64,000 nucleotides of DNA, from contig CM059431.1 of assembly GCA_030390025.1 (NCBI GenBank), positions 156,242,001 to 156,306,000 of the forward strand, written 5' to 3'. Position 1 is the stretch's first letter, and each line of letters opens with the position of its first letter. Below are positions 44,826 to 57,238 of the stretch, piece by piece. A program made the position numbers and the translations under genes. The notes under the pieces are model-generated. The model saw only the letters and a program-made list of their open reading frames with translations. It was not told the DNA's origin and did no database searches. Origin of the DNA: Squalus acanthias. Lineage: Eukaryota.

Positions 44826-47800
44826 ACATACATAGATACATAGAAGATAGGAGCAGGAGTAGGCCATCCGGCCCTTCGAGCCTGCTCCGCCATTTAATGA
44901 GATCATGGCTGATCCTCCAATTCAGTATCCCGTCCCCGCCTTCTCTCCGTAACCCTTAACCCCTTTTGCCTGTAGAAATATATCTAATTCCCTCTTAAAT
45001 ATATTTAATGAGCTGGCGTACACTGCCCTCTGTGGCAATGAGTTCCACAGGTTCACCACCCTCTGAGTGAAGAAATTCCCCCTCATTTCTGTCCTAAATG
45101 GTTTAGCCCTTATCCTTAAATTATGTCCTCTAGTTCTGTTCTCACCCGCCAAGGAAAACATTCCTTCTGCATCTAGTCTGTCTAGACCTGTCAGAATTTT
45201 ATACACTTCTATGAGGTCCCCTCTCAATCTTCTAAACTCCAGTGTGTACATCCCTAAACTACATAGTCTCTCCTCATAGGTCAATCCCGCCATTCCTGGT
45301 ATCAGCCTGGTGAATCGCCGCTGCACCCCCTCCATGGCAAGAACATCTTTCCTCAGATGAGGCGACCAAAACTGTACACAGTACTCGAGGTGTGGTCTCA
45401 CCAGTGCCCTGTACAGCTGCAGCAAGGTATCCCTGTTCCTGTATTCCAACCCTTTTGCTATGAAGGCCAGCATACCGTTTGCCTTCTTGACCGCCTGTTG
45501 CACCTGCATGCTCGCCTTCAGTGACTGGTGTACAAGAACACCAAGGTCTCTCTGTACTTCCCCCTCTCCCAATTTATTGCCATTTAAATAATAATTTGCC
45601 CTCCCGTTCCTGCACCCAAGGTGGATAACTTCGCACTTGTCCACATTATAGTGCATCTGCCATTTATCCGCCTAATCACCCAGTCTGTCCAAATCGCTCT
45701 GGAGCTTCCTGGTCTCCTCCTCTGAGCCCACCCCCCCTCCTAGTTTAGTGTCGTCTGCAAATTTGGAAATGCTGCATCCGACTCCCTGATCCAGGTCATT
45801 AATGTAAATTGTGAACAGCTGGGGACCCAGGATAGATCCCTGCGGTACCCCACTTGTTACTGCCTGCCATTCAGAAAATGAGCCGTTTATTCCAACTCTC
45901 TGTTTTCTATCTGACAGCCAGTTCTCTATCCACGTCAATACTTTCCCCTTTATCCCATGAGCTTCAATTTTCCCTGCTAATCTTTTATGTGGGACCTTAT
46001 CGAAGGCCTTTTGGAAGTCCAGGTACACCACATCTACTGGCTCTCCCCCATCTATTTTACCAGTTACTCCCTCAAAAAATTCCAATAGATTAGTCAAGCA
46101 CGATTTACCCTTTGTAAATCCATGTTGACTCTGTCCTATCCTGTCCCCATTTGCTAAGTGCTCCGCTATTTCATCCTTAATGATGGACTCCAGCATTTTG
46201 CCCACAACTGATGTAAGGCTTACAGGTCTGTAATTACCTGCTTTTTCCCTACCCCCCTTTTTGAATAGTGGGGTAATGTTAGCTACCCTCCAATCCATGG
46301 GCACTGTTCCCGAGTCTAATGAATTCTGAAAAATCATACTTAGTGCATCCGCTATCTCTAGGGCCACCTCCTTCAGCACCCTAGGATGCATGTTATCAGG
46401 CCCTGGGGATTTGTCCGCCTTCAATCCCTTTAGCTTCCTTAACACCATATCCTTAGAGATATTGACTTGCGTCAGTTCCTCCTTTGCAAATGTCCCTATT
46501 TTTCCCGATATCCCAGGGAGGTTTTTTGTGTCTTCCTTCGTAAAGACTGACCCAAAGTATGCATTTAGTTGGTCTGCCATTTCCTTATTTCCCGTTATAT
46601 ATTCCCCCGTATCTGACTGCAATGGGCCAACTTTGGTTTTCACCAGTCTTTTCCTCTTGATACACTTATAAAAGCTTTTGGAGTTAGTTTTTATATTTTC
46701 CGCCAGCTTGCTTTCGTAAGCTATTTTGCCCCTCTTGATTAAGCCCTTTGTCCTCCTTTGCTCTATCTTAAACTGTTCCCAATCTTCCGCTCTGGCGCTT
46801 TTTTTGGCTATTTTATACGCCCTATCTTTGGATTTTATGCTGTCTCTAATTTCCCCTGTTATCCTTTTTAGATTTCCTTTTATGCCAGATTGGTATAAAC
46901 AATTTTTGCAATTTTGTCATTCTATCTTTAAATGCTTGTCATTGTTTATCTACCTCCTGTCCTCCCAGGAACGTTGTCCAATCAGACCTACTCAGTTCCC
47001 GTCTAATGGCATCATAATTCCCCTTGTTTAAATTCAGGACCTTAGTATCTGAGTCAATTTCTTCGCTCTCCATTTCGAGTGAGAAATCGATCATGTTATG
47101 ATCGCTCTGACCCAAGGGTCCCTGTACAACAAGATTACTAATTAGTCCCTTCTCATTGCACAGTACCCAGTCCAATATAGCCTGTTCCCGAGTTGGTTCC
47201 TCGACATATTGATCCAGATAACCATCCCTTAAACACTCAAGGAATTCCTCCTCCTCATTATTTTTACTGATTAGGCTATTCCAATCTATATGTAAGTTAA
47301 AGTCACCTATGATGACAGCTGTGCTCTTATTGCACGCTTCTCTAATTTCCCTCGTGATGCCCTCCCCAACCTCTATTTTACTATTTGGAGGCCTATATAC
47401 CACTCCTATTAATGTTTTTCGCCCCTCGCTATTTCTTAGCTCCACCCATATAGATTCTATATTAACTGAGTTAATATCCTTCCTTTCAATTGCATTTATC
47501 CCTTCTTTTACCAGCAATACTACCCCTCCTCCCTTTCTTTTTTGTCGATCCTTCCTAAATACTGAATACCCCTGTATGTTAAGCTCCCAGCCCTGCTCAC
47601 CCTGCAACCATGTTTCCGTAATCCCAATTAGATCATAATTATTAACCTCTATTTCCACAGCTAATTCATCTACCTTGTTCCTGATGCTTCTCGCATTAAG
47701 GTATAAAACCCTCAGGCTTTTTTTATGCTCACATTTTTTATGAATTAGTTTGGCCCTTTGTTTTTTGTTCCTCACCCTTTTACCATTTATTTCTGTCTGC

Positions 47801-48760
47801 CTTTCACTTTCCTCTATTTCACTACATAGGTTTCTAGCCCCCTGCCATACTAGTTTAAATGCTCCCGAACTGCTTTATCAAAAATTACCCCGAGAACATC
47901 AGTTCCATCTTTGCACAGGTGTAGACCGTCCCTTTTGTATAGGTCACACCTACCACAAAACTGGTTCCAATGCCTCAAAAATTTAAAACCCTCCCTCTTA
48001 CACCACTGCTCAAGCCACGTATTTAGCCTAACTATCCTGTTCTCTGTACTCTTACTAGCACGTGGCACTGGTAGTAATCCAGAGATTACTACCTTCGAGG
48101 TCCTACTTTTTAGCTTGGCTCCTAACTCCCTAAATTCTACTTGTAGGACCTCTTCCCTTTTTTTAGCTACGTCGTTGGTACCAACATGTATCACGACAAC
48201 TGGCTGTTCCCCCTCCCCCTCCAGAATGTTCTGCACCCGCTCCGAGACATCCTTGACCCTTGCACCAGGGAGGCAACATACCATCCTGGAGTCTCGGTCG
48301 CGACCACAGAAACCCCTATCTATTCCCCTTACAATCGAATCCCCTATTACTAAAGCCCTGCCACTCTTTTTCCCTCCCTTCTTTGCAACAGAGCCAGTCA
48401 TGGTGCCATGAGCCTGGCTGCTGGTGCCTTCCCCCGATGAGTCATCCCCCCCGACAACAGCACCTAAGGCGGTGAACCTGTTGCTAAGGGAGACAACCCC
48501 AGGGGATTTCTGCACTACCTTCCTGCCCTTGCTCTGCCTTTTGGTCACCCATGTACTATCTACGCTGGCCTTAACCTGCGGTGTGACCAACTCACTAAAT
48601 GTGCTATCCACAACCCTCTCAGAATCGTGGATGCTCCAAAGTGAGTCCATCCGCAGCTCAAGGGCCGTCATGCGGTCCCACATGAGCTGCAGCTGGACAC
48701 ACTTCCCGCACACATGGTTGTCAGGGACACAGGAAGCGTCCCTGATTTCCCACATGTTAC
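44826..48760 (-). mobile_element. Near-full-length CR1 LINE (ORF1 47850-48760, zinc finger plus SGNH esterase; ORF2 with a few stops and an internal deletion)
   Basis: IGDSIVRG, VGTND, DGLH; APE GITETWL/GDFN/SDH; RT FADD; TSD aggat at 44821-44825 and 48761-48765. Confidence 0.92.
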
Positions 48761-50442
48761 AGGATGGTGACAAACTTTTGAGGGCAGCCGAATTTGAGAG
48801 GAAAATTCATAATACCTCACATTTGACAGTGTCGAAGGCCTTTGTGAGATCAAAGACGGCCATGTACAGCGATTGGTGCTGTTCCCTGCATTTATCTTGT
48901 AATTGAAGTGCGGTGATGATCATGTCTATTGTGCCCCTTAGTGGGTAGAATCCGCATTGCGACTCTGGGAGGAGCTCTTCGGCCACTGGGAGAAGGCGAT
49001 TGAGGAGGATTCTTGCAATGACTTTCCCTGTGGCAAACGGCAGGGTAACTCCTTTGTAATTACCGCAATCGGACTTGTCACCTTTCTTGAAGATGGTCAC
49101 ACTTATGGCGTTTCTGAGATTCCCTGGCATGCTCTCCTCCTTCCAGATAAGAGAAATAAGTTCATGAATTCGCGCCAGTAGTGCTTCTGTGCCAACTTTA
49201 GTGCCTCGGAGGGGATAACACCTGCTCCTCCTGAGGCCTTGTGGTTCTTCAGTTGTCGAATGGGCATTTCAATCTCATGTCGGGCTGTGGTTGTGCTGAG
49301 ACTGTGGCGTTAGCATGTTGCGGGATGGAGTTGAGGACAGAGTCTCGGTTAAGGAGATTGTCGAAGTGCTCCGTCCAGCGGGCACTGACTGCCTCTCTGT
49401 TCTTGATGAGTACTTCTCCGTTCTTGGCCCGCAGTGAGGTTCCACCACAGACCCAATTCACGTACGAACCGGGTTCAAACAAGGCTGCTACATCGCACAA
49501 ACGCTCTTCTCAATGTTCCTTGCTGCAATGCTCCATCTCACCCTCAGTAAGCTCCCCGCTGGAGTAAAGCTAATTTACAGAACAAACAGGAAACTTTTCA
49601 ACCTCCGTCGCCTCCAGGCCAGATCCAAGGTTGTCCTATCCTCTGTCATCGAATTACAGTATGCAGACGACGCTTGCGTCTGCGCTCACTCGGAGGTTGA
49701 ACTCCAAACCAGCATCAACACCTTCACCGAAGCTTACGAGAGCATGGGCCTTACACTAAGCATCTGTAAGACAAAGGTCCTCTACCAACCTGCCCCCTCC
49801 ACACAATACTGCCCCCTGATCAACATCCAGGGTTATTCAATATTTAGAAAAGATAGGCAAAAAATAAAGGGAGGTGGGGTAGCATTGCTGGTTAAGGAGG
49901 GGATTAACACAACTGAATGGAAGGATATTAGCTCTGATGATGCGGAATCTGTATGGGTAGAACTGAGCAATAACAAGGGGCAGAAAACGTTAGTGGGAGT
50001 GGTATATCGACCTCCAAACAGTAATACGGAGGTTGGGGATGGCATTAAATGGGAAATTAGAGAAGCATGCAGTAAGGGCACAGCAGACATCATGGGTGAC
50101 TTTAATTTACATATAGATTGGGCTAACCAAATTAGTAAAAATACTGTGGAGGAGGAATTGCTAGAATGTTTACGAGATGCTTTTCTGGAGCAATATGTCG
50201 AGGAACCAACCAGAGATCAGGCCATCTTAGACTGGGTATTATGCAACGAGAAAGGATTAATTAGCAATCTTGTTGTACGAGGCCCCTTGGGTCAGAGTGA
50301 TCATAATATGATAGAATTCTTCATTAGGATGGAGAGTGAAGTAGTTGAATCAGAGACTAGGGTCCTGAATTTAAATAAAGGAAACTAAGATGGTATGGGC
50401 GCGAATTGGGTAGGATTGATTGGGGAATGTCACTCAAAGGGT

Positions 50443-50517
50443 CATGATGCGGAGATGCCGGCGTTGGACAGGGGTGGACAAAAATGAGAATTTTGCGGGA
50501 ATGTTGCCTATTCACCA
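50443..50517 (-). mobile_element. 75-bp insert: Penelope pLTR 3' terminus plus ~27 nt unassigned
   Basis: catgatgcggagatgccggcgttggacaggggtggacaaaa is the reverse complement of the pLTR end at 22564-22604. TSD tcaaagggt/tcaaggggt. Confidence 0.75.
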
Positions 50518-52102
50518 TCAAGGGGTTGATGGTGGATAGGCAATGGCAAACATTCAAAGACTGCATGGATGAACTACAGAATTTGTACATCCCAGTGTGG
50601 CATAAGAATAAAACAAAAAGGGTGATTCTACCGTGGCTAACAAGGGAAATTAGGTATAGCATAAGATCCAAGGAGAGGGCATATAAATTGGCCAGAAGAA
50701 GTGGTAGCCCTGAGGATTGGGAGCAGTTTAGGATTTAACAAAGGAGGACAAAGGGATTAAAGAAGAAGGGGAAAATAGAATATAAAAGTAAGATTGCTGG
50801 GAACATAAAAACTGACTGTCAGAGCTTTTATAGATATGTGAAGAGAAAACGATTAGTGAAATCAAATGTAGGTCCCTTGCAGTCAGAAGTGGGGAAATTA
50901 TAATGGGGCACAAAGAAATGGCAAACCAATTAAATGCATATATTTGTTCTGTCTTCACAAAGGAGGCCACAAATAACCTCCCAGAGATGTTGGAGAACAT
51001 ACGGTCTGATTAAAGGGAGGAACTGAAAGAAATCAGTATTTGCAGGGAAATGGTGTTAGGGAAATTGACGGTATTGAAGGCCGATAAATCACCAGGGCCT
51101 GATAATCTACATCCTAGGGTACTTAAGGAAGTGGCCCTAGAAATAGTGGATGCATTGCTGATCATCTTCCAACATTCGATGGAATCTGGAACTGTACCCA
51201 TGGATTGGAGGGTAGCTAATGTTACCCCACTATTCAAAAAGGGTGGTAGAGAGAAAGCGGGGAATTTCAGAACGGTAAGCCTGACATCGGTAGTGGGGAA
51301 AATGCTAGAGTCCATTATAAAGAATGTAATAGCTGAGCATTTGAAAAACAGTGACAGGATCGGACAAAGTCAACATGGATTTACAAAAGGTAAATCGTGC
51401 TTGACAAATCTACTGGAATTTTTTGAGGATGTAACTGGTAAAATAGATAAGGGAGAACCAGAAGATGTGGTGTATTTGGACTTTCAAAAGGCTTTCGATA
51501 AGGTCCCTTATAAGAGATTAGCGGGTAAAGTTAAGTCACATGGGATTGGGGGCAAGGTATTGACTTGGATAGAGAACTGGTTTGCGGACAGAAAGCAGAG
51601 AGTAGGAATTAATGGGTCTTTTTCCGAGTGGCAAGCAGTGACTAGTGGGGTACCGCAGGGATCGGTCCTTGGACCCCAGCTATTCACAATATACATTAAT
51701 GATCCAGATAAGGGAATTAAATGTAATATCTCCAAGTTTGCAGATGACACAAAGCTGGGTAGGAGTGTGTGCTGCGAGGAGGATACCGAGAAACTCCAGG
51801 ATGATCCGCACAGGTTGGGTGAGTGGGCAGAAGCGTTATAACGTGGATAAGTGCGAGGTTATCCACTTTGGTGTCAAAAACAGAAAGGCAGACTATTATC
51901 TGAATGGCAATAGATTGGGAGAAGGGGAAGTGCAACGAGACCTGGGTGTCCTTGTGCACCAGTCGCTGAAAGTAAGCATGCAGGTGCAGCAGGCGGTGAA
52001 GAAGGCAAATGGCATGTTGGCCTTCATAGCGAAAGCGTTTGAGTATAGGAACAGGGATGTCCTGCTGCAGGTGTACAGGGCCTTGGTGTGACCACACCTT
52101 GA

Positions 52103-52538
52103 AACATAGAAACATAGAATCTAGGAGCAGGAGTAGGCCATTCGGCCCGTCGAGCCTGCTCCACCATTCAATACGATCATGGCTGATCATCCAAATCCAG
52201 TACCCTGTCCCTGCGTTAATCCCCACAGTACACATATCCCACCCTACCCCCGTAACCCCACGTATTTAATTCCCCCTAACATATCCCATCCTATCCTATC
52301 CCCATAACCCCACATTTTTAATCCCCCGCCCAACACTAAGGGTCAATTTATCATAGCCAAATCAACCTAACCCACACATTTTTGGACTGTGGGAGGAAAC
52401 CGGAGCACCCGGAGGAAACCCACGCAGACACGGGGAGAATGTGCAAACTCCACACAGACAGTCACCCGAGGTCAGATTCGAACCCGGGTCTCTGGCGCTG
52501 TGAGGCACCAGTGCTAACCACTATGCCACCGTGCTGCC
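52103..52538 (-). mobile_element. Full-length HE1-type V-SINE
   Basis: tRNA head with A box tggcatagtgg and B box ggttcgaatc; V domain tgtgtggagtttgcacattctccccgtgtctgcgtgggtttcctccgggtgctccggtttcctcccaca; CR1-derived tail; TSD cttga. Confidence 0.92.
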
Positions 52539-52654
52539 CTTGAGTACTGTGTTCAGTTTTGATCGCCTTATCTGAGGAAAGATGTTCTTGCCATGGAAGG
52601 AGTCCAGCGAAGATTCACAAGGCTGATACCTGGGATGGCAGGAATGACATATGA

Positions 52655-55600
52655 CCAGCGTCGACAGCGGGGGAGGAGGAGCCTTTCTTTCTTTCTCTCT
52701 CCCACAGAGCGGTCGGCAGCGGGGAAGGAGGAGCGGACCTGGTTGGAGCGGCAGAGGCCTGAGGTGAGTCAATAAAGGGAGGCCCGAGGCTCAGGTCGGC
52801 CTCAGACGAGCGTCGACAGCGGGGGAGGAGGAGCCTTTATTTATTTCTCTCTCCCACAGAGCGGTCGGCAGCGGGGAAGGAGGAGCGGACCTGGTTGGAG
52901 CGGCAGAGGCCTGAGGTGAGTCATTAAACTCACTTACGTGGCCTTTTTCCCCAGCGGGGAAAGAGATTCGCGGGCTTTTTCAAAGGCAGGGGGCGGGGCC
53001 AAATCATTGGTACCCGTATATAGGTGGAGCGGTTGCTAAACCCGAGACACTACACCAGTAGTGACTCCCACCCTTCCACCTCCTCTAACCTTTAGGGGTA
53101 GAGGGAATTTAAAAGGTAGGTTCGATTTTATATTTTGTTTTCAGGGACTTAACTCCTGGACCTAAGTTAAATAAGTTTAAATTTTAGTAATAAAGTAACA
53201 TAAGGGTTAAGTCATGACAGGAAGTCTCGGACCCGTTTCATGCTCCTCCTGTGCCATGTGGGAAACCAGGGACACTTCCAGTGTCCCTGACAACTACGTG
53301 TGCGGGAATTTTGTCCAGCTGCAGCTCCTGACAGCCTGCATGGCGGTGCTGGAGCTGCGGGTGGACTCACTCTGGAGCATGCACGATGCCGAGAACTCAG
53401 TGAATCGCTCATTTAGTGAGTTGTCCACACCGCAGGTAAAGGCTAGGACAGACAGTGAATGGGTGACCAAGAAGCAGGGCAATATCAGGAAGTTAGTGCA
53501 GGAGTCCCCTGTGGTCATCTCCCTCCAAAACAGGTATGCCACTTTGGATACTGTTGGGGGAGATGGCCTACCAGGGGAAGGCACTAGCAGCCAGGTTCAT
53601 GGCACCATGGCTGGCTCTGCTGCACAGCAGTGCGGGAAAAAGAGTGGCAGGGCTATAGTGATAGGGGACTCAATTGTAAGGGGAATAGACAGGAGTTTCT
53701 GTGGCCGCAACCGAGATTCCAGGATGGTATGTTGCCTCCCTGGTGCAAGGGTCAAGGATGTCTCGGAGCGGCTGCAGAACATTCTGAAGAGGGAGGGTGA
53801 ACAGCCAGCTGTCGTGGTGCATGTAGGTACCAACGATATAGGTAAAAAGCGGGAAGAGGTCCTACAAGCAGAATTTAGGGAGCTAGGAGCTAAATTAAAA
53901 AGTAGGACTTCTAAGGTAGTAATCTCTGGATTGCTACCAGGGGCACGTGCTAATCAGAATAGAGAGAACAGGATAGTGAGATTGAATACGTGGCTTGAGC
54001 AGTGGTGCAGGAGGGAGGGATTCAAATTCCTGAGGCATTGGAACCAGTTCTGGGGGAAGTGGGACCTGTACAAAAGGGACGGTCTGCACTTGGGCAGGAC
54101 TGGAACCGATGTCCTCGGGGTAATATTTGCTAAAGCAGTTCGGGAGGATTTAAACTAATATGGCAGGGGAATGGGAACCTATGTAGCGAAACAGGGGGAA
54201 GTAATATGCAGTCAGAAACAAATGTTAGAAGGGTGAGAAACAATAGGGGAAGGCCGAGTAAACAAAGGCAAGAAACACAAAGGGCCATACTAAATCATAA
54301 GTCTAAAAGGACAAAGGATGTTAATAAAACAAGCCTAAAGGCTCTGTGTCTTAATGCAAGGAGTATCCGTAATAAGGTGGATGAATTGACTGTGCAAATA
54401 GATGTTAACGGATACGATGTGATTGGGATTACAGAGACGTGGCTCCAGAACAATCAAGGCTGGGAACTGAACATCCAGGGGTATTCAACATTCAGAAAGG
54501 ATAGAATAAAAGGAAAAGGGGGTGTGGTAGCATTGCTGGTTATAGAGGAGATTAATGCAATAGCTAGGAAGGACATCAGCTTGGAGGATGTGGAATCAAT
54601 ATGGGTTGAGCTGCAGAACACCAAAGGGCAGAAAACGTTAGTGGGAGTTGTGTACAGACCTCCAAACAGCTGTAGTGAGGTGGGGGAGGGTATGAAACAG
54701 GAAATCAGAGGTGCGTGCAAAAAAGGCACGGCAGTTATCATGGGTGACTTTAATATGCATATAGATTGGGCTACTCAAACTGGAAGCAATACGGTGGAGG
54801 AGGATTTCCTGGAGTGTTTAAGGGATGGTTTCCTAAACCAATATGTTGAGGAACCAACTCGAGGGGAGGCCATCCTGGACTGGGTGTTGTGTAATGAGGA
54901 AGGACTAATCAGCAATCTTGTGGTACGAGGCCCCCTGGGGAAGAGTGACCATAGTATGGTGGAGTTCTACATTAGGATGGAGAAGGAAACAGTTAAGTCA
55001 GAGACCATGGTCCAGAACTTAAATAAGGGCAACTTTGAGGGTATGAGGCGTGAATTGACGAGGTTAAATTGGCAAGCGATATTTAAGGGGCTATCAGTGG
55101 AAGGGCAATGGCAGACATTTAGAGATCGCATGGATGAACTACAACAATTGTACATCCCGGTCTGGCGTAAAAATAAAAAAGGGAAGGTGGCTCAACCATG
55201 GCTAACAAGGGAAATCAGGGAATGTATTAAAACCAAGGAAGTTGCATACAAATTGGCCAGAAGTAGCAGCAAACCCGGGGACTGAGAGAACTTCAAAACT
55301 CAGCAGAGGAGGACGAAGGGTTTGATTAGGGCAGGGAAAATAAAACATGAAAGGAAGCTTGCAGAGAACATTAAAATGGACAGCAAAAGCTTCTATAAAT
55401 ATGTAAAAAGAAAGAGGTTAGTAAAAACAAACGTAGGTCCCCTGCAGTCGGAAACAGGGGAAGTCGTAATGGGGAACAAGGAAATGGCAGATCAATTGAA
55501 CAAGTACTTTGGTTCGGTGTTTACTGTGGAGGACACACACAACCTGCCGGAAATAAAAGGGGTCAGAGGATCTGGTAAGAGGGAGGAGCTGAGGGAAATC

Positions 55601-57238
55601 CTTATTAGTCGGGAAAAGGTATTGGGAAAATTGATGGGACTGAAGGCTGAAAAATCCCCGCGGCCTGATGGTCTGCATCCCAGAGTACTTAAGGAGTTGG
55701 CCTTGGAAATAGTGGATGCATTGACGATCATTTTCCAACATTCCTTAGACTCTGGATCAGTTCCGATGGAGTGGAGGGTGGCCAATGTAACCCCTCTTTT
55801 TAAAAAGGAGGGAGGGAGAAAGCAGGGAATTATAGACCGGTCAGCCTGACATCGGTTGTGGGTAAAATGATGGAAGCAATTATTAAAGATGTCATAACAG
55901 ACCATTTGGAAAGTGGCGACATGATAGGTCCAAGTCAGCATGGATTTGTGAAAGGGAAATCATGCTTGACAAATCTTCTGGAATTTTTTGAGGATGTTTC
56001 CAATAGGGTGGACAGGGGGGAACCAGTAGATGTGGTGTATTTGGACTTTCAGAAGGCCTTCGACAAGGTTCCACACAAGAGATTGGTGAGCAAAGTTAAA
56101 GCACATGGGATTGGGGGTAATGTGTTGACGTGGATTGAGAACTGGTTGGCACACAGGAAACAAAGAGTAGGAGTAAATGGGTACTTTTCAGAATGGCAGG
56201 CAGTGACCAGCGGGGTACCGCAGGGTTCGGTGCTGGGACTCCAGCTGTTTACATTATATATTAATGATTTGGACGAAGGGATTAAATGTAATATCTCCAA
56301 ATTTGCGGATGACACTAAATTGGGAGGCAGTGTGAACAATGAGGAGGATGCTAGGAGTCTACAGAGTGACTTGGACAGGTTGGGTGAATGGGCAAATGTA
56401 TGGCAGATGAAGTACAATGTGGATAAATGTGAGGTTATCCACTTTGGTGGTAAAAATAGAGAGGCGGACTATTACCTGAATGGTGGCAGATTAGGGAAAG
56501 GGGAGGTGCAACGAGACCTGGTCATCATGGTACATCAGTCATTGAAGGTGGGAATGCAAGTGCAGCAGGCAGTCAAGAAAGCAAACGGAATGATGGCCTT
56601 CATAGTAAGGGGATTTGAGTACAGGAGTAGGGAGGTGATGCTGCAGTTGTACAGGGCCTTGGTTAGGCCACACCTGGAGTATTGTGCGCAGTTTTGGTCT
56701 CCTAACTTAAGGGAGGACATTCTTGCTATTGAGGGAGTGCAGCGAAGGTTCACTAGATTGATTCCTGGGATGGCCGGACTGACATATCAAGAAAGATTGG
56801 GTCAACTGAACTTGTATCCTCTGGAGTTCAGAAGAATGAGGGGGGATCTTATAGAGACATTTAAAATCCTGACTGGTTTAGACAAATTAGATGCGGGCAG
56901 AATGTTCCCAATGGTAGGGAAAACTAGAACCAGGGGTCACAGTCTAAGGATTAAGGGGAAGCCATTTAGGACTGAGCTGAGGAGGAACTTCTTCACCCAG
57001 AGAGTGGTGAATCTATGGAATTCTCTTCCACAGAAGGTTGTTGAGGCCAGTTCGCTAAATATATTCAAAAGGGAGTTAGATATAACACTCACAACTAGGG
57101 GGATCAAGGGGTATGGCGAGAAAGCAGGAATGGGGTACTGAGGTAGCATGTTCAGCCATGAACGCATTGAATGGCGGTGCAGGCTCGAAGGTCCGAATGG
57201 TCTACTCCTGTACCTATTTTCTATGTTTCTATGTTTCC
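52655..57238 (+). mobile_element. Full-length young CR1 LINE (5' UTR, ORF1, ORF2 with a stop at 55283-55285 and a frameshift near 55810)
   Basis: Complete 5' UTR, ORF1, APE, RT and (ctatgttt)n architecture. Confidence 0.93.
53214..54158 (+). CDS. CR1 ORF1 (N-terminal zinc finger plus SGNH/GDSL esterase domain), open
   Basis: CSSCAMW...CGNF; IGDSIVRG, CCLPGARVKD, VGTND, DGLHL. Confidence 0.9.
   Translation: MTGSLGPVSCSSCAMWETRDTSSVPDNYVCGNFVQLQLLTACMAVLELRVDSLWSMHDAENSVNRSFSELSTPQVKARTDSEWVTKKQGNIRKLVQESPVVISLQNRYATLDTVGGDGLPGEGTSSQVHGTMAGSAAQQCGKKSGRAIVIGDSIVRGIDRSFCGRNRDSRMVCCLPGARVKDVSERLQNILKREGEQPAVVVHVGTNDIGKKREEVLQAEFRELGAKLKSRTSKVVISGLLPGARANQNRENRIVRLNTWLEQWCRREGFKFLRHWNQFWGKWDLYKRDGLHLGRTGTDVLGVIFAKAVREDLN

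Noticed and set aside
49513..50388. 291-aa ORF fusing an RT YADD region to an endonuclease
   Set aside because: Chance in-frame junction of an RTE with an inserted 5'-truncated CR1, not a novel gene
52465..52538. tRNA gene (also ~61621 and ~14750)
   Set aside because: tRNA-derived heads of retroposons, continuing into SINE or LINE bodies
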